Positions 48,244 through 59,786 of a stretch of DNA of 64,000 nt are shown in pieces (within the stretch, counting starts at the first letter, position 1; the number at the start of each line of letters is the position of its first letter). A program made the position numbers and the translations under genes. The DNA is from Sulfurovum sp. GTDB lineage: Bacteria > Campylobacterota > Campylobacteria > Campylobacterales > Sulfurovaceae. Under the pieces are notes generated by a model, which ran no database searches, was not told the origin of the DNA, and saw nothing but the letters and a program-made list of their open reading frames with translations. Location of the stretch: contig JALXBG010000039.1 of the NCBI GenBank assembly GCA_026991605.1, positions 9,099 to 73,098 of the forward strand, given 5' to 3'.

Positions 48244-48325
48244 AATGTTTCCTTTTGGTTTAATAGCCCATTAAAAATGCGGATAACATTGAATATCCGT
48301 CCAAAAATGAGCAAGAATTTTGGAA
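48244..48325 (-). promoter_or_regulatory. Probable S6:S18-binding rpsF leader
   Basis: Minus strand after TATAAT: CTTGCTCAT...GGAT..ATCC...ATGGGC...CCA AAAGGA; resembles the S6:S18 leader architecture. Confidence 0.45.
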
Positions 48326-48363
48326 CGGTAATTATATCTAAATGACCTTAGTATTTTATTAAC

Positions 48364-49341
48364 CTACAAGTACCCTTGAAGTTTAATCAACATACTGTAA
48401 AGCAAGACCTCTTTTTGCGTGCTAGGAGCCTTTTTGATAGCCAATTCACTCTCCAACAAATGTTCGTAAATTTTCAGCAAAGAGGCAGACTTCACACGCA
48501 ATGCAAGCTGTGCTTTTTGTTCTTCTATGGGCTTAGGAAGTTTGTATCCGAGTATGGCAGCAGAATCCACATGACCATTAAGTTTGATGTAGGCATGAAA
48601 AAGGAAAATTTGATTCACGAAATATTGCGTAGAACGTAAAAGAGAGGCTTCATCCTCACCAATGTCTAGCAGTTTGGTAATAGTGTCAGTAATCGGTTTT
48701 TTATTAAAAAGGTCTATGAGTAACTGTTCTGTTGCCAGTGGTGCGGTTGAGTAGACAAGTCTGTCTATGTCTTTGCCGGTGACTTTGGTGCCAAGTATGG
48801 CTAGTTTATCCAGCTCATTGGCACAGAGTGAGAGGTTGTTGTTGAGTACGAGCATGAGGTGTTGCAGGGCATAGTGGTCAATGTCTAGCTGTATTTGTTG
48901 AGCTTTTTGCTGAAGTACAGCGATGCCATCTCGAATGTTAGGCTCAAAAAACCGTACCCATACCCCACCTTTTTTATCTGTAAACGCAGCCTGCATAGAG
49001 CGGGCATCTTTAGCTGCTCCTGCATAGCCATAAAGAAAATAATTATCAGGATTTTTGTTTGCAAGTTCTACGAGTATATCGAGCTCTTTTTTTGGTATCT
49101 TCTTCTCATGTTTGACCACTACAAGATTCGTTCCCCCAAAGAGTGAGGTTTGAGACAAAAAGTTTTTTGCCTGTTCAAAATTCCACTCATCATGGTAGAG
49201 TGAAAGCATAGAGTCTTTGGCATCAAGTTGTTTAATGTAACTATCAATGTAATGGTCCACCATATAGTCATTTTCACCATAAAATAGAACGGCTTTTGGG
49301 AGTGATTGGCGTAGGCGTTGATCAAATTCTCTTTGGTACAT
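48364..49341 (-). CDS. holA: DNA polymerase III subunit delta
   Basis: YGE, SLFG, VRFF, NELDKL; follows rnr. Confidence 0.88.
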   Translation of the reverse strand: MYQREFDQRLRQSLPKAVLFYGENDYMVDHYIDSYIKQLDAKDSMLSLYHDEWNFEQAKNFLSQTSLFGGTNLVVVKHEKKIPKKELDILVELANKNPDNYFLYGYAGAAKDARSMQAAFTDKKGGVWVRFFEPNIRDGIAVLQQKAQQIQLDIDHYALQHLMLVLNNNLSLCANELDKLAILGTKVTGKDIDRLVYSTAPLATEQLLIDLFNKKPITDTITKLLDIGEDEASLLRSTQYFVNQIFLFHAYIKLNGHVDSAAILGYKLPKPIEEQKAQLALRVKSASLLKIYEHLLESELAIKKAPSTQKEVLLYSMLIKLQGYL

Positions 49342-51308
49342 TACAACTCCATCTCTTCTTTACTCAACTTCTCTACAAGCTCAGTCATAATCACCGCTTG
49401 GGCGATGTTCACTTCGCTTATCTTGACACGTATTTTATCAAAAAGCATAACATTGTCACCATGGAGATTGACAGTGATCCCTTTGATGTCACCTAACAGT
49501 ACGGCCTTTGCAGCTTCGCCTGCTTCTATCACTTCTGCTTCAAAGATTTCGTCTAAGTGTTGCTCTGCCCAGCGTGCAAATTTGCGGTCTCTAAAGTCCC
49601 ATTCACACTTAGTAGCTTCACGCTCAAGTTCTGAGACTCTTGCACAGAGAGGTTCTATGTTTCTAAGCAGGTAACTTGCCTCTTCTTCATCTTCACGTAG
49701 TTGTGTTTTAATGAGTCTGTGCAGTATGAGGTCAGAGTATCTACGTATCGGTGAGGTAAAGTGGCTGTAGTGGCTAAAGCCTAGTCCAAAGTGTCCGACA
49801 TTATGTGCAGAGTAAGAGGCTTGTCGTAGTGACTTGATGACCATGGCATCGACCTCTGAGGCTAAGCCCATTTTGTCTGCCTCTTTCTGTATAGCACGTA
49901 TCAGTGAAGGACTGTCCTCATACTCTTGCACGTAGAGTCCTATGGCTGCTAGCTCTGTAAGCAGTTGCTCTATGCGTGAGAGTTGTGGAGGCTCATGGAT
50001 ACGGAAAATACTGTCTCCATCTCCCTCAAAACGTTTCGCAGATGCTTGGTTGGCTAAGAGCATACACTCTTCTATGAGAGAGTGCGAAGGAGTGCCTGTT
50101 TCTATGCTTGTCTCTTTGAGTAAGTGGTCTGCATCTATGCTGAGTTTCGTCTCTTCACTTCTAAAGTCAAAACCATCTTTAAGACGCTCTTTTCGTAGCC
50201 TTTTGGTTATGTCATAGAGTGGCATCAAGTAAGTGAGTATCTCTTTTACTTTACCTGTGACTTCGCTTGCGTTGTTGTCTATGATTTTGTCTATGTCATC
50301 ATAGTTAAAACGGTGCTTTGAGTGGATAATGGCTTCAAAGAACTCTTCTTTTAGTGGTTTTAGCGTATTTCTGTCAAGTTCTATCTTGGCTACAAAGGCA
50401 AGTCTATCTACTTTTGGTTTGAGAGAACAGATATTTTCACTCAGTTCACGTGGAAGCATAGGGAAAGACTTGTGTGGCAAGTAGGTGGTGAAGCCACGTT
50501 TTTTAGCCTCTACATCTATGGCAGTAAAGTAGGGTACGTAGTGACTTACATCGGCGATGGCAACATAAAGTGTATGGGCTTGCATATCAAAGTAGATAGC
50601 ATCATCGAAATCTTTGGCAGTCACAGGGTCAATGGTACAAAAGTCCAAGTGTGTAAGGTCTACACGCTCAGGGTGTTCGTTTCTATCGACCTCTTGTTCT
50701 ACTTCTAGTGCCTCTGTGACACATTCGGGAGGGAAGGCATCTTCTCTGTGGTAGAGTGCGAGAGAGATTTTCTCATCGACTCTGGCATCACCCAAGTGTC
50801 CGAAGACTTCTAAAACTTTGTCATCATCTATGTCTACTTTTAGTACAGTTCCTAGTTTAAAGGCTTTTAAGTCCATGCCTTCCATGACTGCATGTGTAGG
50901 TTCTCCGGTACGAATGTTTAAAATGCTGAAGTTTCCTTGTTCATCACGGTGTGTGTAAGCGATGGTAAAGAGATGTGCTTTGTCTATGACCGTGACTACC
51001 TTACCACTGGCTCGTCCACGTCTGGCGATGATACGTTTGACCACGACTTCATCTCCATGTTTGGCATCGCCTAAATGGTCTGGTTCTACGAGGAGGTCTT
51101 TTTGTTCTTTAAAGGCGGCTTCTACATAACCTCTGCCGTCTTTGCCCACATAGAGTCTGCCTGCACGGTAGAGTGAGTGAAGTTTCCACAAACCTTCGAC
51201 TTCTTCTACTGCACCAGAGTTTTGTAGGAATTGGAAGGTGTTTTTATCTTCTTGTTCAATGTCTGAAACCAAACATCCGTTGGTAAGTTGTATCGCAAAG
51301 GCATTCAT
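49341..51308 (-). CDS. rnr: Ribonuclease R (RNB family)
   Basis: TIDP..AKDFDDA, AIADVS, PMLP, LIEECML.AN, HFTSPIRRY.DL. Confidence 0.94.
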   Translation of the reverse strand: MNAFAIQLTNGCLVSDIEQEDKNTFQFLQNSGAVEEVEGLWKLHSLYRAGRLYVGKDGRGYVEAAFKEQKDLLVEPDHLGDAKHGDEVVVKRIIARRGRASGKVVTVIDKAHLFTIAYTHRDEQGNFSILNIRTGEPTHAVMEGMDLKAFKLGTVLKVDIDDDKVLEVFGHLGDARVDEKISLALYHREDAFPPECVTEALEVEQEVDRNEHPERVDLTHLDFCTIDPVTAKDFDDAIYFDMQAHTLYVAIADVSHYVPYFTAIDVEAKKRGFTTYLPHKSFPMLPRELSENICSLKPKVDRLAFVAKIELDRNTLKPLKEEFFEAIIHSKHRFNYDDIDKIIDNNASEVTGKVKEILTYLMPLYDITKRLRKERLKDGFDFRSEETKLSIDADHLLKETSIETGTPSHSLIEECMLLANQASAKRFEGDGDSIFRIHEPPQLSRIEQLLTELAAIGLYVQEYEDSPSLIRAIQKEADKMGLASEVDAMVIKSLRQASYSAHNVGHFGLGFSHYSHFTSPIRRYSDLILHRLIKTQLREDEEEASYLLRNIEPLCARVSELEREATKCEWDFRDRKFARWAEQHLDEIFEAEVIEAGEAAKAVLLGDIKGITVNLHGDNVMLFDKIRVKISEVNIAQAVIMTELVEKLSKEEMEL

Positions 51309-51310
51309 AT

Positions 51311-51363
51311 TCTAAAGCCTTGGGCTTTAGAAGTGAATAGTGAATAGTGAATAGTGAATAGTG
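51311..51363 (-). repeat. (ATTCACT)4+ heptamer array plus TCTAAAGCC-TTG-GGCTTTAGA hairpin in the rnr 5' UTR
   Basis: AGTGAAT x4 on + strand; minus-strand TGCTATAAT at 51380-51388. Confidence 0.85.
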
Positions 51364-51390
51364 TTTTTTTCATAAAAAGATTATAGCAGA

Positions 51391-52224
51391 TTAGTGTTTT
51401 AATGCCTCTAATCTTTCTATACGAGCTTCCGTACTCGGATGTGTAGCAAAGAGTTGGCTTAGTGACATGTCTTTTCCTGAAAATGGGTTAATGATAAACA
51501 TATGGGCTGTTTGTGGGTCTGCTTCTGGTAACACAGTACCTTGTGCATAGTTATCTAGCTTGGCTAAGGCAGACTGCAACCATTCTGGATGCCCGGTCAT
51601 TTTTGCTGAACCTTCATCTGCCATGAACTCACGGTTACGGCTGACTGTCATTTGGATGATAGTCGCAGCCATAGGCATGATGAACATGAGTGCAAGGGTA
51701 ACAAAGAGGTTAGGTCTGTCTCTATCGCCTCCACCAAAAAACATACCAAAGTTCGCAAGCATAGCGATGGCTCCAGCGATAGATGCTGTCACGGTACCTA
51801 TGAGCATATCATAATGTTTTACATGGCTGAGTTCATGGGCGATAACTGCTTCGACTTCCTGTTCTGTCATAAGGTCTAAAAGCCCTTGTGTTACAGCAAC
51901 TGCTGCATGTTCATAGTTTCGTCCTGTGGCAAAGGCATTGGGCTGTTGTTCTGGTATGATGTAAAGTGCGGGCATAGGTAGTCCAGCATTTTGTGTAAGA
52001 CGTAATACAATGTTGTAAAGTCCAGAAGCTGAGTTGTGGTCAACAGGTATGGCATTGTAGTGTTTGAGCACGGCTTGGTCACTGTAATAGTAGGCATAAA
52101 AGTTCATCCCTGCTGCTGCTAAAAATGCGATAACCATCCCCGTCTGACCAGCTATCATCCCACCAAACCAGATGAAAAGTAGGGTAAGCCCTGTCATAAG
52201 GGCATAGGTTTTGAATTGTTCCAT
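51391..52224 (-). CDS. htpX: Zinc metalloprotease HtpX
   Basis: PNAFATG, AHELSH, SR.RE..AD, THP....RI. Confidence 0.95.
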   Translation of the reverse strand: MEQFKTYALMTGLTLLFIWFGGMIAGQTGMVIAFLAAAGMNFYAYYYSDQAVLKHYNAIPVDHNSASGLYNIVLRLTQNAGLPMPALYIIPEQQPNAFATGRNYEHAAVAVTQGLLDLMTEQEVEAVIAHELSHVKHYDMLIGTVTASIAGAIAMLANFGMFFGGGDRDRPNLFVTLALMFIMPMAATIIQMTVSRNREFMADEGSAKMTGHPEWLQSALAKLDNYAQGTVLPEADPQTAHMFIINPFSGKDMSLSQLFATHPSTEARIERLEALKH

Positions 52225-52308
52225 AATAATTGTGTCCTTTGTTTTTATTTTACTCTACCATACGGGTGCAAACAGAAGGTAAATCACGCACTATGTTATA
52301 ATAAATGT

Positions 52309-52944
52309 ATGTATATAAAAAAACTATTGACCTTAAGTCTCTTTTTGACTGTTTTTCTTATGGCTACAAGTATCACACCTATCACCCCTACACTAAAAGA
52401 ACGGATGATACAAGGTAATTCTTGGCATAAAGGGTGTCCTGTAGGGTTGCAAGATTTACGCTATTTACGTATAAAGTATCTAAACTTTGAGGGTGAAACA
52501 AAGTTGGGTGAGATGATAGTCCATAAAGAGGTGGCAGATGAGGTAGTAGATATCTTCCATGAACTCTGCAACATAGGCTACCCTATACATAAAATGAAAC
52601 TCGTCTCAGACTATAAAGGTAACGACTGGCAGTCCATAGAAGCAGACAATACCTCTGCCTTTAATTGTCGTAATGCTACAGGTTCTAAAAAATGGTCAAA
52701 ACATTCCTATGGTAAAGCCATAGACATTAATCCTATAGAAAACCCCTATATATCAAAGTCAGGACGTATCTCTCATAAGGCTTCTTTGAACTATAGAAAC
52801 AGAGCACATACGCTAGACATACATCCTGAGAATTGGGCACTATTACTAAAAGAGGATAAAGCTACCAAGATATTTAAAAAGTATGGTTGGAAATGGGGTG
52901 GTGATTGGCATGGGGTGAAGGACTATCAGCATTTTTCTAAGTAG
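52309..52944 (+). CDS. M15 family metallopeptidase (peptidoglycan D,D/L,D-peptidase-like)
   Basis: NTSAFNCR, S.HSYG.AIDINP, W.WGG.W...DYQHF; signal peptide from MYIKK. Confidence 0.88.
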   Translation: MYIKKLLTLSLFLTVFLMATSITPITPTLKERMIQGNSWHKGCPVGLQDLRYLRIKYLNFEGETKLGEMIVHKEVADEVVDIFHELCNIGYPIHKMKLVSDYKGNDWQSIEADNTSAFNCRNATGSKKWSKHSYGKAIDINPIENPYISKSGRISHKASLNYRNRAHTLDIHPENWALLLKEDKATKIFKKYGWKWGGDWHGVKDYQHFSK

Positions 52945-52948
52945 GAGT

Positions 52949-53254
52949 TTAAGTGAATTTTTTAGCTAATAGATAGCTAAATATAATTGGTGGTACAAAG
53001 AGTAAGATTGTACTGACAATTGATAAGATATTCATATTGATAGTAGATGAGTCTATGAAATTTTTAACTATAAAACTTATTAAAAAATTAAATCCTATGA
53101 TACTTGCATAGCCTATCACTGTATTAACTAAAAAATATCTGCCTTTAGACTTAAGTTTATTTTTTTTGATTAATAGAAAAATTAATGACATGATTATTGG
53201 TAACAAAAAAAGAGTCCAAATAAATAATACACAGCTAGCTCCACAACCACTCAT
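52949..53254 (-). CDS. Orphan three-TM membrane protein (very AT-rich)
   Basis: ORF with AAGG SD and hydrophobic segments. Confidence 0.6.
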   Translation of the reverse strand: MSGCGASCVLFIWTLFLLPIIMSLIFLLIKKNKLKSKGRYFLVNTVIGYASIIGFNFLISFIVKNFIDSSTINMNILSIVSTILLFVPPIIFSYLLAKKFT

Positions 53255-53282
53255 ATTTTACCTTCTTTCTATAATTTATTTA

Positions 53283-53381
53283 GTATCACAGATTCAGCTG
53301 TGATACTTTTATCGGGTATATTGGATTGATATATAAATCAGCCGCCGATATGTTATAACGAAGCTGGAGCTTCGTCACGAG
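53283..53381. repeat. Cluster of three hairpins (REP-like)
   Basis: GTATCACAG-N6-CTGTGATAC; ATCGG..TGAT..ATCA..CCGAT; ACGAAGCT-GG-AGCTTCGT. Confidence 0.5.
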
Positions 53382-53698
53382 TGCACTTTGGAAACTTTAA
53401 ATTTATTTGATTTTATTTTAATGATACCACCGAAAAGATAGATATTCAGTGTATTGTTCTTTAAGTAACCTTTATCTATATTCCCTGCAGTAAAATTGTC
53501 TTTTAGTTCTTTATTATTTAAAAATATTTTTGTTTTATTGGATGTAATACATTTGATTTTATAAAAAGTTCGTTTTTTAGATTGAACATTTTTATATAAT
53601 GCTACTATCAAAAGTATAGTAGCATCACCTTGCTTATTGTACTTTTGATGAACGTCAATTAAGTTACCATCGTGCCAATATAAATCATCTATTTTCAT
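53375..53698 (-). CDS. Orphan basic protein with N-terminal WHDG motif (AT-rich)
   Basis: ORF starts 2 nt after the SPFH stop; function unknown. Confidence 0.6.
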   Translation of the reverse strand: MKIDDLYWHDGNLIDVHQKYNKQGDATILLIVALYKNVQSKKRTFYKIKCITSNKTKIFLNNKELKDNFTAGNIDKGYLKNNTLNIYLFGGIIKIKSNKFKVSKVHS

Positions 53699-53700
53699 TG

Positions 53701-54558
53701 CTACTTCTTAAACACATTTCCCAACATCCCTTTAATAGCCCCTTGTAAATCAGCAGGATAGATGACAAATTTAGAGTTTGAACTTTGACTTATTTTTTCA
53801 AGTGAGTTGATGTATCGGTCTCCCAGTAAGAACATTGCAGGAAGTTCTTTGTCTTGGATGTTGTCACTTATCATTCTAATGGCTTCGGCTGAGGCATTGG
53901 CTAGCACTATTTGTGCTTTGGCTTCACGCTCTGCGGCAGCTAGTTTACCGTCTGCTTCCAAAATGGCAGCATTTTTGTTACCTTCAGCGGTGGTTTCAAT
54001 GGCACGTCTTTCACGTTCTGCTGCGGCTTGACGTTCCATGGAGTCTTGCATAGAGGCAGAAGGTGAAATGTCTTGTATCTCTACAGATTTGACAGTGACT
54101 CCCCAGTCGGCTACGTCATCTACGATGGAGTCTTTGAGTTTTGTCTTAATGCTTTCACGGTTTGAAAGTGCTTCATCGAGTGTCATCTCCCCTAAGATAG
54201 AACGTAACGTGGTCATCACAAGTTGTTGGATGGCAAGTCTAAAGTCTTCGATACCATAGAGTGCGTCACGAGGGTTGGTTACGCGTATGAATGTCACGGC
54301 ATTGGTAAGGATGACAGCATTGTCACGGGTGATAACCTCTTGTTGAGGGATGTCTAAGATGATGTCTCTTGTAGTAATCTTTTGACGTACTGCTTCGATG
54401 TAAGGTACGATAAGGTTTAGTCCAGGATTTAAAGTACGAGAAAATTTCCCAAGTCTTTCCACTACCCACTCTTCACCTTGTGGCACGATGTTAATACCTT
54501 TATAAAGGGTAACGATAACCCCAATAGCCAATACAATAACAATATTTAATGCTTCCAT
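53701..54558 (-). CDS. SPFH/stomatin-like protein (QmcA-like)
   Basis: VERLG, PGL, Q.VIT.DN, W.V.V..VEI, AERERRA. Confidence 0.93.
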   Translation of the reverse strand: MEALNIVIVLAIGVIVTLYKGINIVPQGEEWVVERLGKFSRTLNPGLNLIVPYIEAVRQKITTRDIILDIPQQEVITRDNAVILTNAVTFIRVTNPRDALYGIEDFRLAIQQLVMTTLRSILGEMTLDEALSNRESIKTKLKDSIVDDVADWGVTVKSVEIQDISPSASMQDSMERQAAAERERRAIETTAEGNKNAAILEADGKLAAAEREAKAQIVLANASAEAIRMISDNIQDKELPAMFLLGDRYINSLEKISQSSNSKFVIYPADLQGAIKGMLGNVFKK

Positions 54559-54570
54559 ATCTCTTCCTTT

Positions 54571-55026
54571 TTAGTTTACTGGTTCAACTTCTATAAGTTG
54601 TCCGTTGATTTCTACTATTTTTACACGTGTGTTTTTGTCTAAGTCAACTTTAGAGGTAGCATGCCATGAGGTATTACCAAGCACCGGTGAATCAAAAGTG
54701 ACTTTACCTCTTGCGTGAGGGTGTATCTCTTCTAATACTGTACCTAATGTGTCTAAGCGGTAGTTTGATTGCCCACTGTCAGTCACCGGTGGCTCTCTAA
54801 ACCACTTAAACCATGCGGCGATGGCAAGAATCGAAAGTATTATCCACATACTCAGTTCTACTGTAAAAGAAGTGCCCAAGAGTGCATCGACTAACCCTAC
54901 AACAATGGCTGCAACACCTAGACCAAGTATAAAGAATGTACCTGTACTCATCTCAATGATAAGCAGTACAATACCAAAGACGATCCAATGCCACCATAAG
55001 ACAGTTTCATTTAAAAATGCAATCAA
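54571..55026 (-). CDS. NfeD family protein (YbbJ-like)
   Basis: WWHW..G..L...E, C-terminal OB fold; paired with SPFH. Confidence 0.9.
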   Translation of the reverse strand: MIAFLNETVLWWHWIVFGIVLLIIEMSTGTFFILGLGVAAIVVGLVDALLGTSFTVELSMWIILSILAIAAWFKWFREPPVTDSGQSNYRLDTLGTVLEEIHPHARGKVTFDSPVLGNTSWHATSKVDLDKNTRVKIVEINGQLIEVEPVN

Positions 55027-55146
55027 TCTTCTCTCCTTAAATTAATATAAATCTATTATATCATAAAAGGTTAACAGCCTAAAAGTAAAGATAATAAGTA
55101 TTATTTCGGTATAATCGCGCAAATTTATTAAATTACGTAAGGATAA

Positions 55147-56175
<1,029 letters not shown>

Positions 56176-56355
56176 TCTTTTCGTCGATTTGCATCCATCT
56201 TTGAATGATGGGTGCAGTCAGCTACAATTTGTAGCCTCCTTTACCCAAACACTCAAACCTGAATACAACTCAACAAAAATATTAGCACTCTTAGCTGATT
56301 GAAATCAAGCAACAAATTTTTAATTAGTTTGACTTTACTATGTATCTATATTAAA

Positions 56356-56411
56356 ATTCACTATTCACTATTCACTATTCACTATTCACTATTCACTATT
56401 CACTATTCACT
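56356..56411 (+). repeat. (ATTCACT)8 heptamer tandem repeat
   Basis: Eight perfect units, followed by CTGCGAAGCG and TGCTATAAT. Confidence 0.92.
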
Positions 56412-56463
56412 CTGCGAAGCGACACTTTGCTATAATATTTAAAATCTAAAATTAGTGAAATAT

Positions 56464-57585
56464 ATGGCTGTCCAACCTAAAAAAAAGAAATCTACTTCTA
56501 AATCTAAAACAACTATAAAAAAGAAGCCTGCTACTAAAAAGAAAACACCTAAACGTAGAAAATCTAAAAGTAAAAAGAAGGGGAATGGAAAGAGAAATAT
56601 TTTACTCTTTCTTTCACTACTTGTGATGCTCATGTTTGTTGGTGTGGGTTTTTATTTGGGTAAGAACAGTGATGAGATAGCTTCTGCTATGGAACGTGGG
56701 GAGATAGAGGGGGATTATACGACCAAACAACTTTTGGAAGATTTGTTAAAAGTGAAAAAAGCCAAAGAGCGTAAGCATGTAACGGAGCAAAAAAAACATC
56801 TGAAAAGACCTGCAAAAGAACTTCTGAAAAAGCCTGCACCTAAAGTAAAAAAGAGCGTAAAGAAAGTTAAGCCTCCTGTCAAAAAAGCGACAAAACCCTC
56901 TAGGAATATAGTCCTCTCCACTCATAATAAAAGACCAAAACTGGCTATCATCATTGATGATGTTTCTAAACAGAGTCAGATGAATGCCATTATGCGCACA
57001 GGTATCAAGATAACCCCTTCTATCTTCCCTCCATCAGAACTCTCTATGACTTCCAACCATTTGGCTGACAGATTAAAACACTATATGATTCACCTACCTA
57101 TGGAGTCTGGAAGTAAACAGTTTAATTCTCAGTATAAGACACTGTTAACACGTTTCAGTACGCAACAGATAGAAGAGAGGGTAAAAGAGTTGCGTAGGCT
57201 TTTCCCTCATGCGCACTTTGTAAACAACCATACAGGTTCAGTATTTACCAACGATTATAGCGCGATGTTCAGACTCTATACTACTTTACGTAAAGAGGGG
57301 TTTGTTTTTATAGATAGCAGAACCATCGGAAGTTCAAAAGTAAAACGTATCGCTTCTACATTTGGTGATACCTATGTCTCAAGAGATATTTTTATTGATA
57401 ATATTCATACTATCCCTTACATTCACAAACAGTTACGCAAAGCTGTAAGTGTAGCAAAGAAGAAAGGTTATGCCATCGCTATAGGGCATCCTCACCATAT
57501 TACGATGGAGGCACTCTCTTCAGCTAACGATATTTTAAAAGATGTTGAGCTAATATATATAGATGAACTTTATAAGGAACAATAA
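56464..57585 (+). CDS. Divergent polysaccharide deacetylase family protein with Lys-rich N-terminus and TM anchor
   Basis: LAIIIDD, HLPME, NNHTGS, FIDSRT, RDIFID, AIGHP. Confidence 0.9.
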   Translation: MAVQPKKKKSTSKSKTTIKKKPATKKKTPKRRKSKSKKKGNGKRNILLFLSLLVMLMFVGVGFYLGKNSDEIASAMERGEIEGDYTTKQLLEDLLKVKKAKERKHVTEQKKHLKRPAKELLKKPAPKVKKSVKKVKPPVKKATKPSRNIVLSTHNKRPKLAIIIDDVSKQSQMNAIMRTGIKITPSIFPPSELSMTSNHLADRLKHYMIHLPMESGSKQFNSQYKTLLTRFSTQQIEERVKELRRLFPHAHFVNNHTGSVFTNDYSAMFRLYTTLRKEGFVFIDSRTIGSSKVKRIASTFGDTYVSRDIFIDNIHTIPYIHKQLRKAVSVAKKKGYAIAIGHPHHITMEALSSANDILKDVELIYIDELYKEQ

Positions 57586-58917
57586 ATGAAGGGTATATTT
57601 ACAGCAGTATTGATTGGGCTTGTTTTCTTTGGTTTGGCATTATTTATTTTTACTATGCAACACGCTACACTGATTGGCTTGGTAGCTTTTTTAGTGACGC
57701 TTTGGACTAACGAAGCTTTGCCTTTAGGTGTGGTCTCTATTTTACCTATTATACTTTTCCCTGTCTTTGGTATTTTAGATACCAATGTGGTGACGCCAAA
57801 TTATGCAAAGTCCATTATATTCCTTTTTATTGGAGGGTTTATGTTGGCTATCGCCATAGAGAAAACAGGCTTGCATAAATATTTTTCAGCCAAACTTTTA
57901 AGTCTTTTTCCTAAAACTCCACGAGGAATTATCTATGCCTTGGCGATTACTTCAGCGTTGTTAAGCTCGGTACTCTCCAATACCACGATTACTTTGATGC
58001 TTATGCCTATAGCACTTTTTTTAAGTGAAAACAAAAGGCTCAAAGTTCGGTTTTTGCTTGCCACCGCTTACGGTGCAAGTATAGGAGGGATACTCACACC
58101 CATAGGTACGCCACCTAACCTTATTTTGATGGGATTTTTAGAAGACCATGCTTTAGAATCTTTGGCATTTGGTGAGTGGATGCTCTACATGTTGCCTATT
58201 GTAGGCTTGATGCTTCTAATTATGCCTTGGTTACTCTCTTTGGGCGTACAAACACAAAGTCTTGAAGATATGAGCAGTGCCATCCCAGAACTCACTTCAA
58301 GTCAAAAGAGACTCTATAGTATTGTGGTACTACTGGCTGTTGTTTTATTCTCCAATACATTCTTAAAACAGTTTTTTGGATTTGCACTGAACGAAAAACT
58401 TGTTTTACTTGGGTTTGGACTACTGATGTTTGTACCTAAAATTGGTTTTTTAGATTGGGAAGATACACGTAATATGCCTTATGAAATTATCTTCTTGTTT
58501 GGTGCAGGGTTTAGTATCGCTTCAGCATTTAGTGCCACAGGGTTGGCAGCAGAAATTGCAACGAAACTAAGTTTTATCTCTGAGTTGCCACTGCTTTGGA
58601 TGTTTGTCATCGTGGCACTTTTTGTGACCTTTTCTACAGAGGTTACAAGTAACACAGCGCTTACTTCTATAGCCGTCCCTATCTTTTATGAGTTTGCAAA
58701 GAGTATGCCACAACATGAAGGGATGTTACTGCTCATGGTAGCCACTGTTGCAGCTTCCTATGCCTTTATGCTCCCCATAGCTACACCACCTAATGCTATT
58801 GTCATGTCTTCAAGAGTGATCAGCATTAAAGAGATGGCAACCATAGGGTTTAAACTGAATTTTATCGGGGTTGTTATATTGTCACTGGTTGCTTATTTTG
58901 TATGGAGTTTTATTTAA
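57586..58917 (+). CDS. DASS/SLC13 family sodium:anion symporter
   Basis: SNT motifs, GTPPN, AFMLP.ATPPNA. Confidence 0.92.
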   Translation: MKGIFTAVLIGLVFFGLALFIFTMQHATLIGLVAFLVTLWTNEALPLGVVSILPIILFPVFGILDTNVVTPNYAKSIIFLFIGGFMLAIAIEKTGLHKYFSAKLLSLFPKTPRGIIYALAITSALLSSVLSNTTITLMLMPIALFLSENKRLKVRFLLATAYGASIGGILTPIGTPPNLILMGFLEDHALESLAFGEWMLYMLPIVGLMLLIMPWLLSLGVQTQSLEDMSSAIPELTSSQKRLYSIVVLLAVVLFSNTFLKQFFGFALNEKLVLLGFGLLMFVPKIGFLDWEDTRNMPYEIIFLFGAGFSIASAFSATGLAAEIATKLSFISELPLLWMFVIVALFVTFSTEVTSNTALTSIAVPIFYEFAKSMPQHEGMLLLMVATVAASYAFMLPIATPPNAIVMSSRVISIKEMATIGFKLNFIGVVILSLVAYFVWSFI

Positions 58918-59009
58918 GAGAACCTCTAAAATATGTCAATTTGCCATATTTTTAACGCTATAGAAAATTCTTCGATACTATATGGATATCTATATAAAGA
59001 AGGATAGCC

Positions 59010-59786
59010 ATGAGTCAAAACATTACAGAGACTATTCATGAGTTAGAGACGATGAAAAAGTACCCTAAGGAGCTTTTTTATAAAGGAAATCTAGCACTGC
59101 TTAAACGCCCTAAAGTCTCCATAGTAGGGACACGGCGACCATCAGCTTATACACGTCAGTTTACCTATGCTCTTGCCAATGCATTGGCAAAGAGAGGGGT
59201 TTGTGTGGTTTCAGGTGCTGCGATGGGTGTGGATACTATTGCCCATGAGGGAGCAGGTGCAGCCAACACCATCGCTGTGGTAGCAAATGGCTTAGATATT
59301 CGTTACCCCGTAGTCAATAAAAACCTTATAGAAAACATTGAAAACAAAGGCTTGATGATAAGCCAATTTAATGATGGCTTCCGTGCAACGGGTTGGAGTT
59401 TTGTTGTGCGAAATGAAGTTGTGGTAGCACTGGGAGACATACTTGTGGTTACAGAAGCACAACTTAACTCAGGTTCTATGCGTTCTGTAGAATTTGCTCA
59501 AAAAATGGGTAAGCAAATTTTTGTACTCCCTCACAGACTTGGAGAGAGTTCAGGTACGCAGTCACTTTTAGAAGCCAAAGAGGCAAAAGCCATTCATGAC
59601 ATAGAATCTTTTGTCTCTACGTTCGGATGTGCCGTGGCAGATGATGTGGTTAAAGATGAGTTTTTTTATTTTTGTCAGAAGTGTCCCACTGTAGATGAAA
59701 GTATTCAAAAGTTTGGTGACAAGGTCTATGAGGCGGAACTCGAAGGTATCATCACGATACAACAGGGTACCGTGAGACTCAATTAG
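59010..59786 (+). CDS. dprA: DNA-processing protein DprA
   Basis: IVGTR, VSG.A.GVD..AH, F..RN, EA...SGS. Confidence 0.94.
   Translation: MSQNITETIHELETMKKYPKELFYKGNLALLKRPKVSIVGTRRPSAYTRQFTYALANALAKRGVCVVSGAAMGVDTIAHEGAGAANTIAVVANGLDIRYPVVNKNLIENIENKGLMISQFNDGFRATGWSFVVRNEVVVALGDILVVTEAQLNSGSMRSVEFAQKMGKQIFVLPHRLGESSGTQSLLEAKEAKAIHDIESFVSTFGCAVADDVVKDEFFYFCQKCPTVDESIQKFGDKVYEAELEGIITIQQGTVRLN

Noticed and set aside
52252-52280. GCAAA-N6-GTAAA repeat upstream of htpX as a member of the copper box
   Set aside because: Sequence differs from TACAC and it is a single instance; it may be another OmpR-type site but is unsupported.
53255-53381. Integron attC site between orphan genes
   Set aside because: No RYYYAAC...GTTRRRY bounded single stem, and no IntI in the window.
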